DNA from: Vicugna vicugna
Taxonomy: Eukaryota
NCBI GenBank assembly: GCA_013265495.1
Contig: MU058531.1
Span: 1,736,911-1,800,910, forward strand
Direction of reading: 5' to 3'
DNA length: 64,000 nucleotides
The notes under the pieces are model-generated. The model searched no databases. It was not told where the DNA came from and saw nothing but the letters and a program-made list of their open reading frames with translations. Position 1 is the first letter of the stretch, and every line of letters starts with the position of its first letter. The translations under genes and the position numbers were made by a program. Shown one piece after another: positions 53,138-64,000 of the stretch.

Positions 53138-54769
53138 ATGTGTGTTCTGTTGTATTGTGTGTTTTTTTGCTTTGCTTTTTTTTTTTTAATCTAATTGAGG
53201 GCACTGCCAATCCTTGAGCAGTAATCAGAAGGGATAAGAAGAGAAAAAGGTAAAAAGCTGCTTCTAAAAGCTGGCAAATATTTCCTCCCGTGACACTACC
53301 AAGAAATACTTCCACATGATTAAACATCAACTGTGGCATCTCGCCCTCCTGGGGATCCCACACTGGCCAGCTTCCCTTCGCCTCTCTCCCCACATCTTAA
53401 AATCAGTGCATCAGGGCCCTCTCCCTGTCTCGATTTGGAGAAGAATCATTCTCATTGTGATCATTGTGCGTGGGAACAAAAGAACATGTGGATCAAAGGT
53501 CTGGGGTCCTCAGCCCCACCACGATCACATGGCCACCCAGCTCAAAGGCAGCAACTGTCAACTGAACGGCTGGTTGGAAGCTTCTAGCCTTTTATGGGAA
53601 GTCCCCATGGTTACCTAGAAACAGTCCCCTCACGTCATTTGCATTGTTTTGCGCTGTGCTGCCAACGGTCCTTTGGGAAATTCTGTATTTAGCCATTTCA
53701 AGTTGTACCCTTAATGAAAGCATCCTTTTTTCTCTCTCACGAAAACATACGACCCTGCCTCTCTCCAGTCCCCAAATTTGGTTTTCCTTTGGAAACTTAG
53801 GATCAGTTTGCCCAGTTCTCACACCACCAAGTCCTTTTGATAGTTTGTTGTAATCATGTTGAAATGTATAGGTTACTTATAGACTGACATTTTAAATGTT
53901 TAGGCTTCTTTTATAATGATAATAATGTCCATATGTTTTCATTTACTCAGGTCTTTCTGTTCTGCCCTCAGTAGTATTTCTATGTCCTTCACATAGCTCT
54001 TGTATGTTTTTTACTGAGTTTATTCCTAGGTATCTTACCTTGGGCTGCTGTTATTAATATTCCCATTATCTTGTCTAACTGCTGTTGTCTGTATGTAATG
54101 ACTCCCTAATAATTTTAATATGGCCAAAGCAGCCTTCTTGCTTTACGAAAGGGAGAGGCGGGCTTTGGTCTGCTTTTATGCCTGTTTCTAAAAATTGAAA
54201 TGGGAAAGAGTTTGAATGCTGTGAGCCAGAGGTCAATGGAGGGACAAACTTGGGGTAAGTTCATCAAAGCTCTGCAGCTGTAAACATCAAGCAGGAAGTA
54301 AGGAGAGCTGCTCTTTGAAGTTGTAAGAAGGCCCTAGGGCAGCTGTATTGTGTTCTCTTCATCAGACAGTTCTCCCACCTACAACTATACATTTCTTGCT
54401 TGTTTCTCTTTATGCTGCTCTGAGCTGAGATAGCGAGTTGTTGATCACCATTTTGTGTCGGTGCCCTTTAAGACTGAATCCCTTTAGATTCCTGCATTGG
54501 TGTTCTAAAGGAAATGGTCCAAGTGTAGTTGGAGAGAGAGAGATTAAGATGTTTAATCTCTTGGGACCCTTCCTGTAGGGGCAAGGTTTGGCAATAATTA
54601 CATTTATGTACTGAAGTCTATAGTTCCTCATGGGCAACCCTCTTCCTACAGCTCCAGGTCTCCTCTGTGTTCTGGAAACACCCTCTTGCTTTGCTCCTTT
54701 GAGACTAGGGCTGGTAATACTCCCCCTATTGCTAGTCCCAGGGTGTGCCACTGTCCTATATTAATCCCT

Positions 54770-55317
54770 GTATCATGTATGTCATGTGCTGACATAACGA
54801 AGTACCACAATCCGGTGGCTTGAAACAACAGAAATGTATTCTCTCCCAGTTCTGGAGGCTAGAAGTCTAAAATCAAGGTGCTAGGAAGGCCAGGAAGTCT
54901 CACTCTGAAGACTCTAGGGACAAATCCTTCCTAGCCTCTTCCAGTTTCTGGTGCTTGCTGGCAGTCTTTTGCATTTTTTACCTTGGAGATGCATGATTCC
55001 AGACTCTGCCTCCATCTGCAAATGGCCTTGTGCCCTGTGTGTGTGTGTCTCTTCCTCTTCGTCGTCATCTTCTTTTTTAATGGAGTTGCTGGGAATTGAA
55101 CCCAGGACCTCGTGCATGCTAAACATGTGCTCTACCACTAAGCTATACCCACCCCTGTCTTCTCCTCTTCTTTTAAGGACACCAATCATGATTAATTTAG
55201 GGTTCATTCTTCATCTTAACTAATTACCTCTGCAAAGACCCTACTTCAACATAAGGTCACATTTTGAGGTTCTGGGAAGGATATGAATCTTTGGGGACAC
55301 TATTCAACCCAGTACAG
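54770..55317 (-). mobile_element. MLT1 (MaLR) LTR
   Basis: GGTGGCTTGAAACAACAGAAATGTATTCTCTCCCAGTTCTGGAGGCTAGAAGTCTAAAATCAAGGTG...GGGGACACTATTCAACCCAGTACA. Confidence 0.8.
55070..55154 (-). mobile_element. Short vic-1-like SINE nested in an MLT1 LTR
   Basis: tRNA-like head only, interrupting MLT1 sequence. Confidence 0.8.
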
Positions 55318-55535
55318 TCCCCTTCCTCTATACTTTTGTAAATAGTTTCTTAATTAAATTTTTCCATTACCTCTTCTGTGTCTCATATGTTTCCTGTAGA
55401 AATACTGATGATATAATATACTCCTTAGAATCAATAAGTACAGTATTCATTTCTAACTAATAGTAACTGCACTAGAATCTTGTATCAGTTAAGGCAAAGG
55501 TTAATCCCAGACTATAAAGGCCTAAGTAAGAAATA

Positions 55536-56166
55536 CAGTCAGTTCTCACTGTTTGCAGTAGTTATGTTCTATAAAGTTGATGTGAACACAGAATTAGCGA
55601 ATACTGAACTCCTGGGGGAATACAGGATTGGGTTTTCACAAGCGTCTGGCTGCAACATTCTCATCAACTGGTCCACGCATAACCTTGTTTTAAGTATGTT
55701 TCTCTTTAAAGGCACCTTATTTAATATATATTGCTGATTCATTAATATTGAACTCATAGCCAACAGCTCTACCATGCTTGCCCAAATTAAGCTTATGAAA
55801 CATGGAGTTTCTCTTTAAGGCACATTACAGCTTCCTTGCACCTAGGAACACTAGACAGCAGTTTAGCACTATGCTTAAGGGCCATTTTAATCTGTGAAAT
55901 TACCAACAAAGAACAGAGAAATGCAACAGAACATGGCACTACACATACCAAGAAAAGGAGACTTGTTTACAGTATAAGAAACTAGAAGGCAGAGCTTTGC
56001 CTAATTCAGCCTCAGCTGGGAAAATGCATGTTGGATGATTCTGTACATACATGTGTCTACAAATGACTGCAAAAGTGCCATGGGTATTGATTTTGGAGTT
56101 CTAAATAAATTTTAGTGAATAGGAGAATTTGTAAATATGGAATCCATAAGTAATAAAGATTGACCA
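55536..56166 (+). mobile_element. MER82-like TcMar-Tigger DNA transposon derivative
   Basis: TA|CAGTCAGTTCTCACTGTTTGCAGTAGTTATGTTCTATAAAGT...GAATTAGCGAATACTGAAC; degenerate terminal inverted repeat and TA at the right end. Confidence 0.75.
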
Positions 56167-56669
56167 TAGGTTATATTATTCTCTCATGTAAAAGTCTGGC
56201 CCATGTAGAGTGGTGAGGCAGTTTCCCATGAGGTTAATCAGAGACCCAGATTCATTCCATTTTGTTGCTCTACCACCTTCTGGGGTATTCTATTCCTCTG
56301 CATGGCTAAAGTTGAGTTCCCAAAATATCTATGTTCCATCTCCCAGGTAGGAAAGGGAGAAGTCCAAAGGAAGCAATTATTTTAAAGCATGTTGAAGTTG
56401 CACACATCACTGGCAAAGTTTTAGTTATTGATCACACTTATCTGCAAGGAAGGCTAGAAAATGTCTCAGGCTGGGCGGCATGCACCCAGGAAGAAAGGGA
56501 GATTAGATTTTGGGTAAGTAACTAATAGTTTACCACAAAGAGTAATCAAAAACCAGAGGTATGTTTTTAATCCTGAAACTACTGGCAATGTTATATCATA
56601 AAAAGCCTGTGGAGACCTGGGTTCTGTTCTAGCCCTGCCACCAAGAAGCCACTTATCTTCTCTAATACA

Positions 56670-57345
56670 TTGCATTTAATGCTATAAATTTCCAAGTGCT
56701 GCTTTAGTTGCAACCCATAAATTTCAATATGTTCCATATTTGCTTTCATTCAGTTCAAAATATCTTCTAATTTCCCTTGGATTCCCTTCTAATTTGACCC
56801 ATGGGTTATCTAGAAGTGTGTTGTTTAATTTCCAAAAATTTGGAAAATTTCCAAATCTCTTCTTAGTGTTGATTCCTAGCTCAATTCATTTATGGTTAGA
56901 AAACATTCTTTGTTCTTATTTAACTTATTTAAAATGCATTACAATTTGTTTTATTGCCCATAGTATGATCTATCTTAGTGAATATTCCATGTATATTTGA
57001 AAAGATTGGTATCTGCTGTTAATAGATGCAGTGTTCCACACATGTCATTAGGTAAACTTTGTTTATAATATTTTTCAGGCCTTCTATATCCTTCATGATT
57101 TTCTGTTCTATTAGTTACTGAGAGAAATACACTGAAGTCTGCAGATACAATTGTGAATTTGTCTATTTCTCCTTTTGTTTGTATCAGTTTTTGCTTTATG
57201 TATTTTGTAGTTCCATTGTTAGGTGCATTTACATTTAGGATTGTTATGTCCTTTTGGTGAAGCAATTCTTTTATTATTATGTAGTATCTCTGTTTATCCT
57301 TTTTCTTTGTTTTGGAGTTTACTTTGCTGGATATTAACATAGCCG
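56670..57345 (-). mobile_element. L1 ORF2 endonuclease-domain fragment
   Basis: ORF 56975-57340: YYIIIKELLHQKDITILNVNAPNNGTTKYIKQKLIQTKGEIDKFTIVSADF resembles the L1 APE domain. Confidence 0.85.
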
Positions 57346-57346
57346 C

Positions 57347-57725
57347 TATGGTAGGCAGAATAATGCCCCTTCAAAGTTGTCCATGTCTCTTCTATGTCTC
57401 ATTCCCAGAATTTGTGAATAAATTATTTTAGAGGGCTATGGGGAATTAAGATTACAGATGGAATTAAGATTGCTGATCAACTGACCTTGAGATGAGGGGA
57501 TTACCTGGGTTATTTGGGTGGGACCAGCATACTCACAAGGGTCCTTTTAAGAAAATGAGGGAAGCAGGAGTAGTGAGAGTCAGAGAAAGAGAAGTGGTGA
57601 CTGAAGCAGAGGTCAGGAGTGAGATGATTGCTGACTTTGAAGATGGAAGAGGGCCATGAGCCAAGGAATGTGGGCAGCCTCTAGAAACTAGAAAGGGCAG
57701 GGAAACAGCTCTCCTTTAAAGCCTC
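57347..57725 (+). mobile_element. MLT1D-like LTR (partial)
   Basis: TGGTAGGCAGAATAATGCCCC...ATGGAATTAAGATTGCTGATCAACTGACCTTGAGAT...GAGCCAAGGAATGTGGGCAGCCTCTAGAA. Confidence 0.75.
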
Positions 57726-58212
57726 CTTTGTTTACTTCCTCTCAGGTTGGCCTGAATTTCTGCTGCTTCTTAGCTTGACCTTTTCAAGGAATCTTGTTTT
57801 GGCCTTGAGCCCTGTCCTATTGAAGTTTACCCCTAGAAATTTCTTTCAGTCAGCAGAATGCAAAAAATTAAGACACATTTTTCAGGTGACAGTATGCCCA
57901 GGCAAGGAGACATGGTAGACGTATGGCATTTTACAAGCCTGATAATATTCCTGTACAGATTTGCTTTCTGGATTGAAAATGCAGGGCAGACTGACAGTGT
58001 GCCAAGCATATTGTGACTAGCCACTTCCCATGACTGCCAAGCACGTTTACAGTCAAATTGGAACAGTCTCTTGGAGCAGACATTTCTTTACAGTCAGATG
58101 AAATTGAAAGAAAAAAAGTAAATGGAAACAATATTCATAGGAAAAGGGAATATGTTTGTGTATAATAAAAAAGGACTGATTTGTGTGTGTGTGGCAGGGG
58201 GGTTCATTATTA

Positions 58213-58680
58213 TTACTAGGGGTTGAATGGTGTCCCTCCTGAATTTGATTAAAGCCCTAACCCCCCCCCCGTACCTCAGAATGTGACCTTATTTGCAAAT
58301 AGAGTCATAGCAGATGTAATCAGTTAAGATGAGATCATACTGGAATGGGTGGGCCTCTTATTTGGTGTACTTTTATAGGGACTACTATCCTTATAAAAAG
58401 GGGAAATTTGGAGACAGACACACGCACACAGGAAGAATGCCATGTGAAGAAGAGAACAGGGATCCAAAAGCCAAGGAATGCTAAATATTGCCAACAAATC
58501 ACGAGCAGCTGGAAGAGAGAGAGATGGACAGATTGTGTCTCACAGCCTTCAGAGAGAACCAACCCTACCAGTACTTTAATCTTGGACTTCTAGACTGCAG
58601 AATTATAAAACAATAAATTTCTGTTGTTTAAGCCACCCAGTTTGTGGTACTTTGTCACAGCAGTGCTAGCAAACTAATAC
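58213..58680 (+). mobile_element. MLT1 (B/C-like) LTR
   Basis: GGGTTGAATGGTGTCCC...GAATGTGACCTTATTTG...AATAAATTTCTGTTGTTTAAGCCACCCAGTTTGTGGTACTTTGT...AAACTAATACA. Confidence 0.8.
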
Positions 58681-59389
58681 AATTACTATTTTAAACAGTA
58701 GAAGCATAGAATAAAACTTTGTGGAAGTACTCAGATGATTTCAATTTTGTATTCATTTCCTATATAGCTAAAGAGATTTAGTTTCTATCAAGGGGGAAGT
58801 GGTTAAATAAAACAATACCTATTTTCTGTTCATGCTTTGTACCATGTATGTACTATGTACCAAAGAAAAGGCATAAGGGACATGTATATTCACATGTGCT
58901 AATTTAGAAAGAATTCCAAAATATATTATTATATGAAAAGCAAACTGTAGAATAATTAGTATAGCAGGATTCCATTTAGGTAAGAAAGAAAAAAATCAAT
59001 GTATTTGTAAATATATGTATAGAACAGATACATATCTTGTATAGAACAAGATCTGAAACCTTATATTCACCCTAGGTTAAGAACCTCAACTATAAACCAT
59101 TGAGATGTGGCCTGACTCACATCCACAGAGGAAAAAACCCTGATGGTTCCTATCAAATCAGTTACTTCTATGAAAAGGAGAAGGAGGAAGAGAGTGAGAA
59201 GGTGAACAGATGTTCACATTTTACTTTTCAGGCATCTATATTTTAGAAAATTTTAATTAAGATGAAAATGTCTTTATCGAAGCTAAAACAATTTTATGGA
59301 GGGCAATTTATCAATACCTTTCAAAGTCCTAAGTGTATCTTTTATGTATCTTTTAACTTAAATTTTATGTATAAGAATTTATCTTGGTG

Positions 59390-59508
59390 GTGGGAGGGTA
59401 TAGCTCAGTGGTAGAGTGTGTGCCTAGCATACATGAGGTCCTAGGTTCAATCTCCAATACTTTCATTAAACAAATAAATAAACCAGATTACCTCCTGCCA
59501 CCCTGCTC

Positions 59509-59543
<35 letters not shown>

Positions 59544-59590
59544 AAAAGGTAAAAGAGTCTACAATTTGAAAATAAAAAATTAAATAAATA
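59390..59590 (+). mobile_element. vic-1-like SINE with (CA)n in its tail
   Basis: GGGAGGGTATAGCTCAGTGGTAGAGTGTGTGCCTAGCATACATGAGGTCCTAGGTTCAATC; (CA)n at ~59509-59543. Confidence 0.85.
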
Positions 59591-59651
59591 CTTGCATATG
59601 TGCACCATAAAATAATGTCAAAGTTATTCATGTATATTTATAATAGTCAAT

Positions 59652-60100
59652 GATAACTGCATAACAAATTGCCACAAACTGAGCAGCTTAAACAACACAC
59701 ATTCATCATCTCACGCCCCATGAGTCAGGCACAGCTTGGCTGGATCCTCTGCTTCAGGATCTCTCACAAGGCTGCAAACAAAGTATCAGCCAGGGCTGGA
59801 GTCTCATCTGAAGCTCAGCTGGGGGAGGCTCTGCTTCCAAATTCACAGTTGTTAACTGGGTTCAGATCTGCAGGGATGTCAGACTGAGGGCCTCAGCTCC
59901 CTGCTGGCTGTCAGGTAGAGTCTGCCTTCAGTTCCTCGCCAGATGTGCTTCTCCGGATGGTGGTTGACTTCAAATTCAGCAAAGGGGAGGAGAGTCAGTG
60001 GAGCCTGTGAGCAGGATGGAAGTCATGATATTATGTGATGTAATTATGAAAGTGACAGTTCACTGCCTTTTTTGCAGTCTGTTGAGGTTAGAAGCAAGTC
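59652..60100 (-). mobile_element. Older MLT1 LTR
   Basis: CTGCATAACAAATTGCCACAAACT...GCTTAAACAACAC...TCTCTCACAAGGCTGCA...AGCCAGGGCTGGAGTCTCATCTGAAG. Confidence 0.7.
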
Positions 60101-62076
60101 ACAATAAAGACAGGATCAGTATTACTGATTTTGCTTTTGCCTCAGGCTCCATTAGAACTTCATGTGACACTCTACTGATCCAGTCTCTAAAATTGTAAAC
60201 TGAGTCATTGCATGAAAATGTTGTTTTAGGAGGATTAATATGTTGGTGGTGTGTTGGGCAAACCAAAAAAAAAATACAGACTTGGGGGCTGAAAAGATTT
60301 TGCCTAGTTGAGATGAGTGCAGAAAAGCAAATTGACTATAGAGTTCATTTTCTATGGTCTTTAGCTCTAAACTAAATAAATTGGGAAATATAACCAGAAC
60401 AAGATGCTCCAATGCTTTAAATAAATTATCTGCCTCCCATAGACAGAGCTGCAGATATCTTGCCATTTCTGATGTCCCTGCAGATCCCAGGTCTGATAGT
60501 AAACCTGGCTGTGCCCTGGTAACTTTCACTTCATTTCTAATGGCACCTGCAGGGGAAAACATCTATGTTCCCCAGGTCCACCCTCCTCGTTATTTTAAAG
60601 ATTTTGATGCTGTCTTCTCCCAGCTGCAGGTCTGTTCTTCTAACCTAACCTAAATTTTCTAGATGCTCCAGATATGGAGGCCTTCTCTATTTCCTTGGCC
60701 ATTCTGGTTATCATTCTCTAGATCTTTTCTAACTCCATGATCTTTCTTGGGTTATAATGTGCAGTACTCTACACACAGTATTTGAGGTTCACATGTTATC
60801 ATCTCTGCAAAACTACGTTCAGGATTCTAGAGTGCCACTAGTGTGTCTCAGGGACCTCAGATTTAACTTAGCCCAACTCCCTGAATGTGCAGATCAGAGA
60901 CACTGGGACTTAGCCAAAGTCACTCTAGAAGCCAATGGTAGGATCTGTCCATTTCTCTTCCACTGCAAGCAGCTGGCCCCTACCAGTCCCTATTCTGTTC
61001 AGAGACAGAGTCCTATAGTTCTTAAAGTGTAGAGGATCAGAGACAGTAGCAACCTACACTCTATAATTGGGCCTATAGAGTGTGGCTTTTCCCTCTAGTT
61101 CATCAGACTACCCAAGGGCACACAGGAAGGAACTGGCAGTCTTGTATGAAGAGGTAAAATTATGATTCTAGCCATGGATCTAGACAGTGTTGTTTCATTT
61201 TTAATACCTTTTTCTGGTGACATCCAAATTTTGCCAACCTTTTTAGAGGAAGTGTACATCGATCCCTAACTTTAGGGAGTGGTCTCCAGCTACTCTGAGC
61301 TTCCTTTCCTTGGCCAAGATGAATTTTATCTAATGGTCAATGGTACTCAGAATGTGACCTCATAAACCTAGTCTAAATCATGGGCAATCTGAATGTTTTG
61401 CCAATTGTGTGAAGAATGTAGAGAATAGATAAAAGATAGTGTCTACTTTCTTAGAGGCTGGTCAAAGAGGAGAAAGTTTAGGAGATGTTTGGTATCTGTA
61501 AAATGGTTGCAATTACCACTATTTTAAAGGAAATGAGAACCGAAGGTCAGTTAAAAAAAAAAGGTTAAAAAAACTTACATCTGGGTGGTGGCTTAAGTGT
61601 CTCATGGGTTTAGGTCTGTAATATAAATGAATAAAGTCGGTTGATAAGATGTGCAGGGGTGGTGGAAAATTCAAGAAAACGTACCTAAGAGGGCAGCCAA
61701 TGTTCAGGGTGAGCCAATTGTTGCCGCGTGGAAAGGTGTGCCTAATGTTGTTAGATCTAATTTTACAAGAGAATTCAGAAATCTGGCTTTTTATAAGAAA
61801 TTATCTAATTTTTAAATGCTGGCAACAATCCCAGTGGGGAGTGAGGGAGAGAGAGAAGGGAAATGAAAGACAAACACACAGAGGCCAGACATAGCAGTGG
61901 TAGGGCCCAGGGTTTGCCAGTTTGTGACTTTTCCCTCATGCAGACTTCTTACTTCTTGTCTTTCCCCGCACATTCAAGATGTGTTTAAGAACTTACTCCA
62001 GGTATACTCAGAACTAGATTAAATGCAGCCAGAATTTCCATTGTCCTGCCAGTTCTTTAAATCAAGCCATACAGTT

Positions 62077-62082
62077 TTTATT
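62077..62082 (-). terminator. FGFBP3 polyadenylation signal (3'UTR ~62060-63013)
   Basis: TTTATT on + (AATAAA on -) about 0.93 kb downstream of the TGA. Confidence 0.6.
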
Positions 62083-62939
62083 GAGCACCTAACACGTGCA
62101 ATGTCTATCATTACATCTTATTTAAAATGAAATATGTTAACAGTTAATTACATGAAACAGAGATATGACTTCCATAACGGTCCAGATGACTGAGGTATAT
62201 ACCTACATTTTCGCGTTTTTTAAAATATGATCAAGTATGAACAGAATTGTTTTTTAAAACCTACTGGAGTACTCAACTTCTATAATTCACTTCTGAATTT
62301 AGAAGGTTAATGGGAAAGTTTCAGAACATGGGGCATTACTCCATTTAAAAGCAGTACGTCTAAAAGAATTCAAAAGCAGTCATCCTGAAAGTCTTTTCAC
62401 TGGACCCAGTTTTGACCTCCGAATGGCTTCTCTCCCTCTAGATATCTATAATACCAAACAGCACCCAAGTTAATAGTAATTTTCGAAAGAGGAAAAAGGT
62501 TGGTAATCTTGTGAGCTGATAAGGTGAGAAGACACTGAACATTCAACCTGGCTCAGGTTATCCATTGCTGGTGATTACATTTTAATATAAGTGTGTTAAA
62601 CAGTGTATACTGTATCCTGCTTTTCACAGGAGACTCACATCACTTTAGCCACTTTTGCCCCTTGTTTTTTCAGCCTCTCTCTGTATGCATCTCTCCACCC
62701 AGTCTATAGTTTTTGCACATTTAAGGTACGCCTACTTCTGTTTCCACTATTTCTTCTGCTCTTAATCAAGGTCCAGACTCAATTTTTTTTTTTAACTTCT
62801 CCGGTGTCTCAAAGACTCTCCATGCCTTTGACACGCTCATCCCAAGCCCCACCCCCATCCCAGCCCGATTCTAGACCCTGGAATCATCACCACCGGCTAC
62901 TCGGTATCTCTTGGCCTAGGATACCCTTAGCTTCCCCTC

Positions 62940-63830
62940 CCCGGCTGCGCACATACCCCCCCTCCTTCGTCTCCCAATCCCTACACCCGCCCCCCGGCCC
63001 CAGGCCCGCAGCCTCAGCCATTCCAGAAATTGACAAAGAAATTGCAGAGGGAGTGCCACTTCTCAGCACAGTAGGTCTCCGTGAGCTTCGCGTTCTCGTC
63101 AAGCCCGTCGGGATCGGATCTGGTCCCCAGGGGTCGCTCCGCGTCCGGGCCCGAGGCCGCCTTCCTCTTGCTGCCTTTGGTCTTCTCAGAGGGCTTCTCT
63201 TTGGGCGGTGAGCTCGGGGGAGGCGAGGCCCCTGCGGCCGGGCCGGGCGCGGGCTCCCGGGGCCGACCCCGGCTCCGGGCCCGGAGCTTGGGATCCCGGG
63301 GGAAGCCCGCCGCCGCTGTGGGGCCCGCGGGTGGGGACGCGTGGGGCAGCAGGCGCAGCTCGGCGCCGTGGCCTTTCCTGCCGGCGCACAGGCGGGCCCT
63401 GAGCGGCGCGGGGTCGTGGCAGGGCCGCCGCTTCCTGCGCAGCACCCCCAGCACCTGCTTCCAGAAGTGCGCGCGGCGGGCGGCGTAGGCGGCGCAGCGC
63501 CTGGGCTCCCCGCGGTAGGCGCACTGGTGGCGCGCCCCGTCCGGGCCTTGGCAGCGCAACGCCAGCTCGCTGCCCAGTGCGGGCCCTGGGGCGGCCGGCA
63601 GGAGCTGCCAGCTGCACGCGTGCCGCTCGGGGCTGATGAAGCGGCCCGAGGAGCCGCCCGCGGGGCCCGGGGCCGACTCTGCCGCGCTGCTAGCCGCCCC
63701 CTTGTTCCTACGGGCGGCCGCGAGGAGGCAGCCACCCAGCAGTAGCAGCGGCGGCAGCAGCGAGATCGACGCTCGCAGCCTTAGAGGACTCATGGCTCTC
63801 GGTATCTGCTCTCAGGTCGGCTCCCCAGGG
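62940..63830. promoter_or_regulatory. CpG island over the FGFBP3 coding exon
   Basis: Very GC- and CpG-rich sequence in an AT-rich background. Confidence 0.85.
63014..63793 (-). CDS. FGFBP3: Fibroblast growth factor-binding protein 3 (259 aa, single coding exon)
   Basis: GCCATG start, Leu-rich signal peptide, FGF-BP Cys pattern (GRF...HACSW...LRCQ...HQCAYRGEP..C...FWKQV...RPCH...RLC), C-terminal ETYCAEKWHSLCNFFVNFWNG; synteny with TNKS2. Confidence 0.97.
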   Translation of the reverse strand: MSPLRLRASISLLPPLLLLGGCLLAAARRNKGAASSAAESAPGPAGGSSGRFISPERHACSWQLLPAAPGPALGSELALRCQGPDGARHQCAYRGEPRRCAAYAARRAHFWKQVLGVLRRKRRPCHDPAPLRARLCAGRKGHGAELRLLPHASPPAGPTAAAGFPRDPKLRARSRGRPREPAPGPAAGASPPPSSPPKEKPSEKTKGSKRKAASGPDAERPLGTRSDPDGLDENAKLTETYCAEKWHSLCNFFVNFWNG

Positions 63831-63900
63831 ACCCCTGGATGCTTCAGTGGTGGCAGGGCCAGGAGAGCAGCATCCCTTGAACCTGGGGACAGAGGCAAAG
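63794..63900 (-). other. FGFBP3: FGFBP3 exon 2 5'UTR portion and splice acceptor
   Basis: Minus strand CTTTGCCTCTGTCCCCAG|GTTC with the exon starting at 63882; a non-coding first exon would lie outside the window. Confidence 0.7.
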
Positions 63901-64000
63901 ACGGCTACTGACTCAGCCCTTGGTCCAGGCGCATGCACCTGTCAATCCCCCTCCCTTGACTTTCTGGGTGCTAGTTTCCAGTGGGCAGCAGCAGCCTGCG

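Noticed and set aside
62603..63938. Long alternative-frame and antisense ORFs over FGFBP3
   Set aside because: Shadow ORFs of a very GC-rich exon with Arg/Pro/Gly/Ala low-complexity translations

Overview
Mammalian genomic DNA, very likely a camelid (seven copies of a tRNA-Ala-derived vic-1-type SINE). The + strand 1-27.8 kb carries the last 16 exons of tankyrase-2 (TNKS2): ankyrin repeats, SAM and PARP catalytic domain, stop at 25412-25414, ~2.4 kb 3'UTR. All exon phases are compatible, and one intron uses a GC donor. The - strand at the right end carries the single coding exon and 3'UTR of FGFBP3 (259 aa), convergent with TNKS2. The ~34 kb between them is mostly L1, L2, MIR, MLT1, MER5 and MER82 repeats plus an orphan CpG island (~45.5-45.9 kb). 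The most striking feature is a 246-nt GC-rich retroposed RNA at 42421-42666 with an A-rich tail and a 16-bp target-site duplication. It folds as hairpin-H box-hairpin-ACA+3 nt, has an 85-nt G-rich 5' extension, and its apical stem-loop resembles the CR7 (CAB/BIO) domain of vertebrate telomerase RNA, yet it has no telomeric template. It may be the fossil of an independently transcribed, TERC-like H/ACA RNA that I cannot match to a known family from memory. Exon numbers and repeat family names are from recall, not from database searches.
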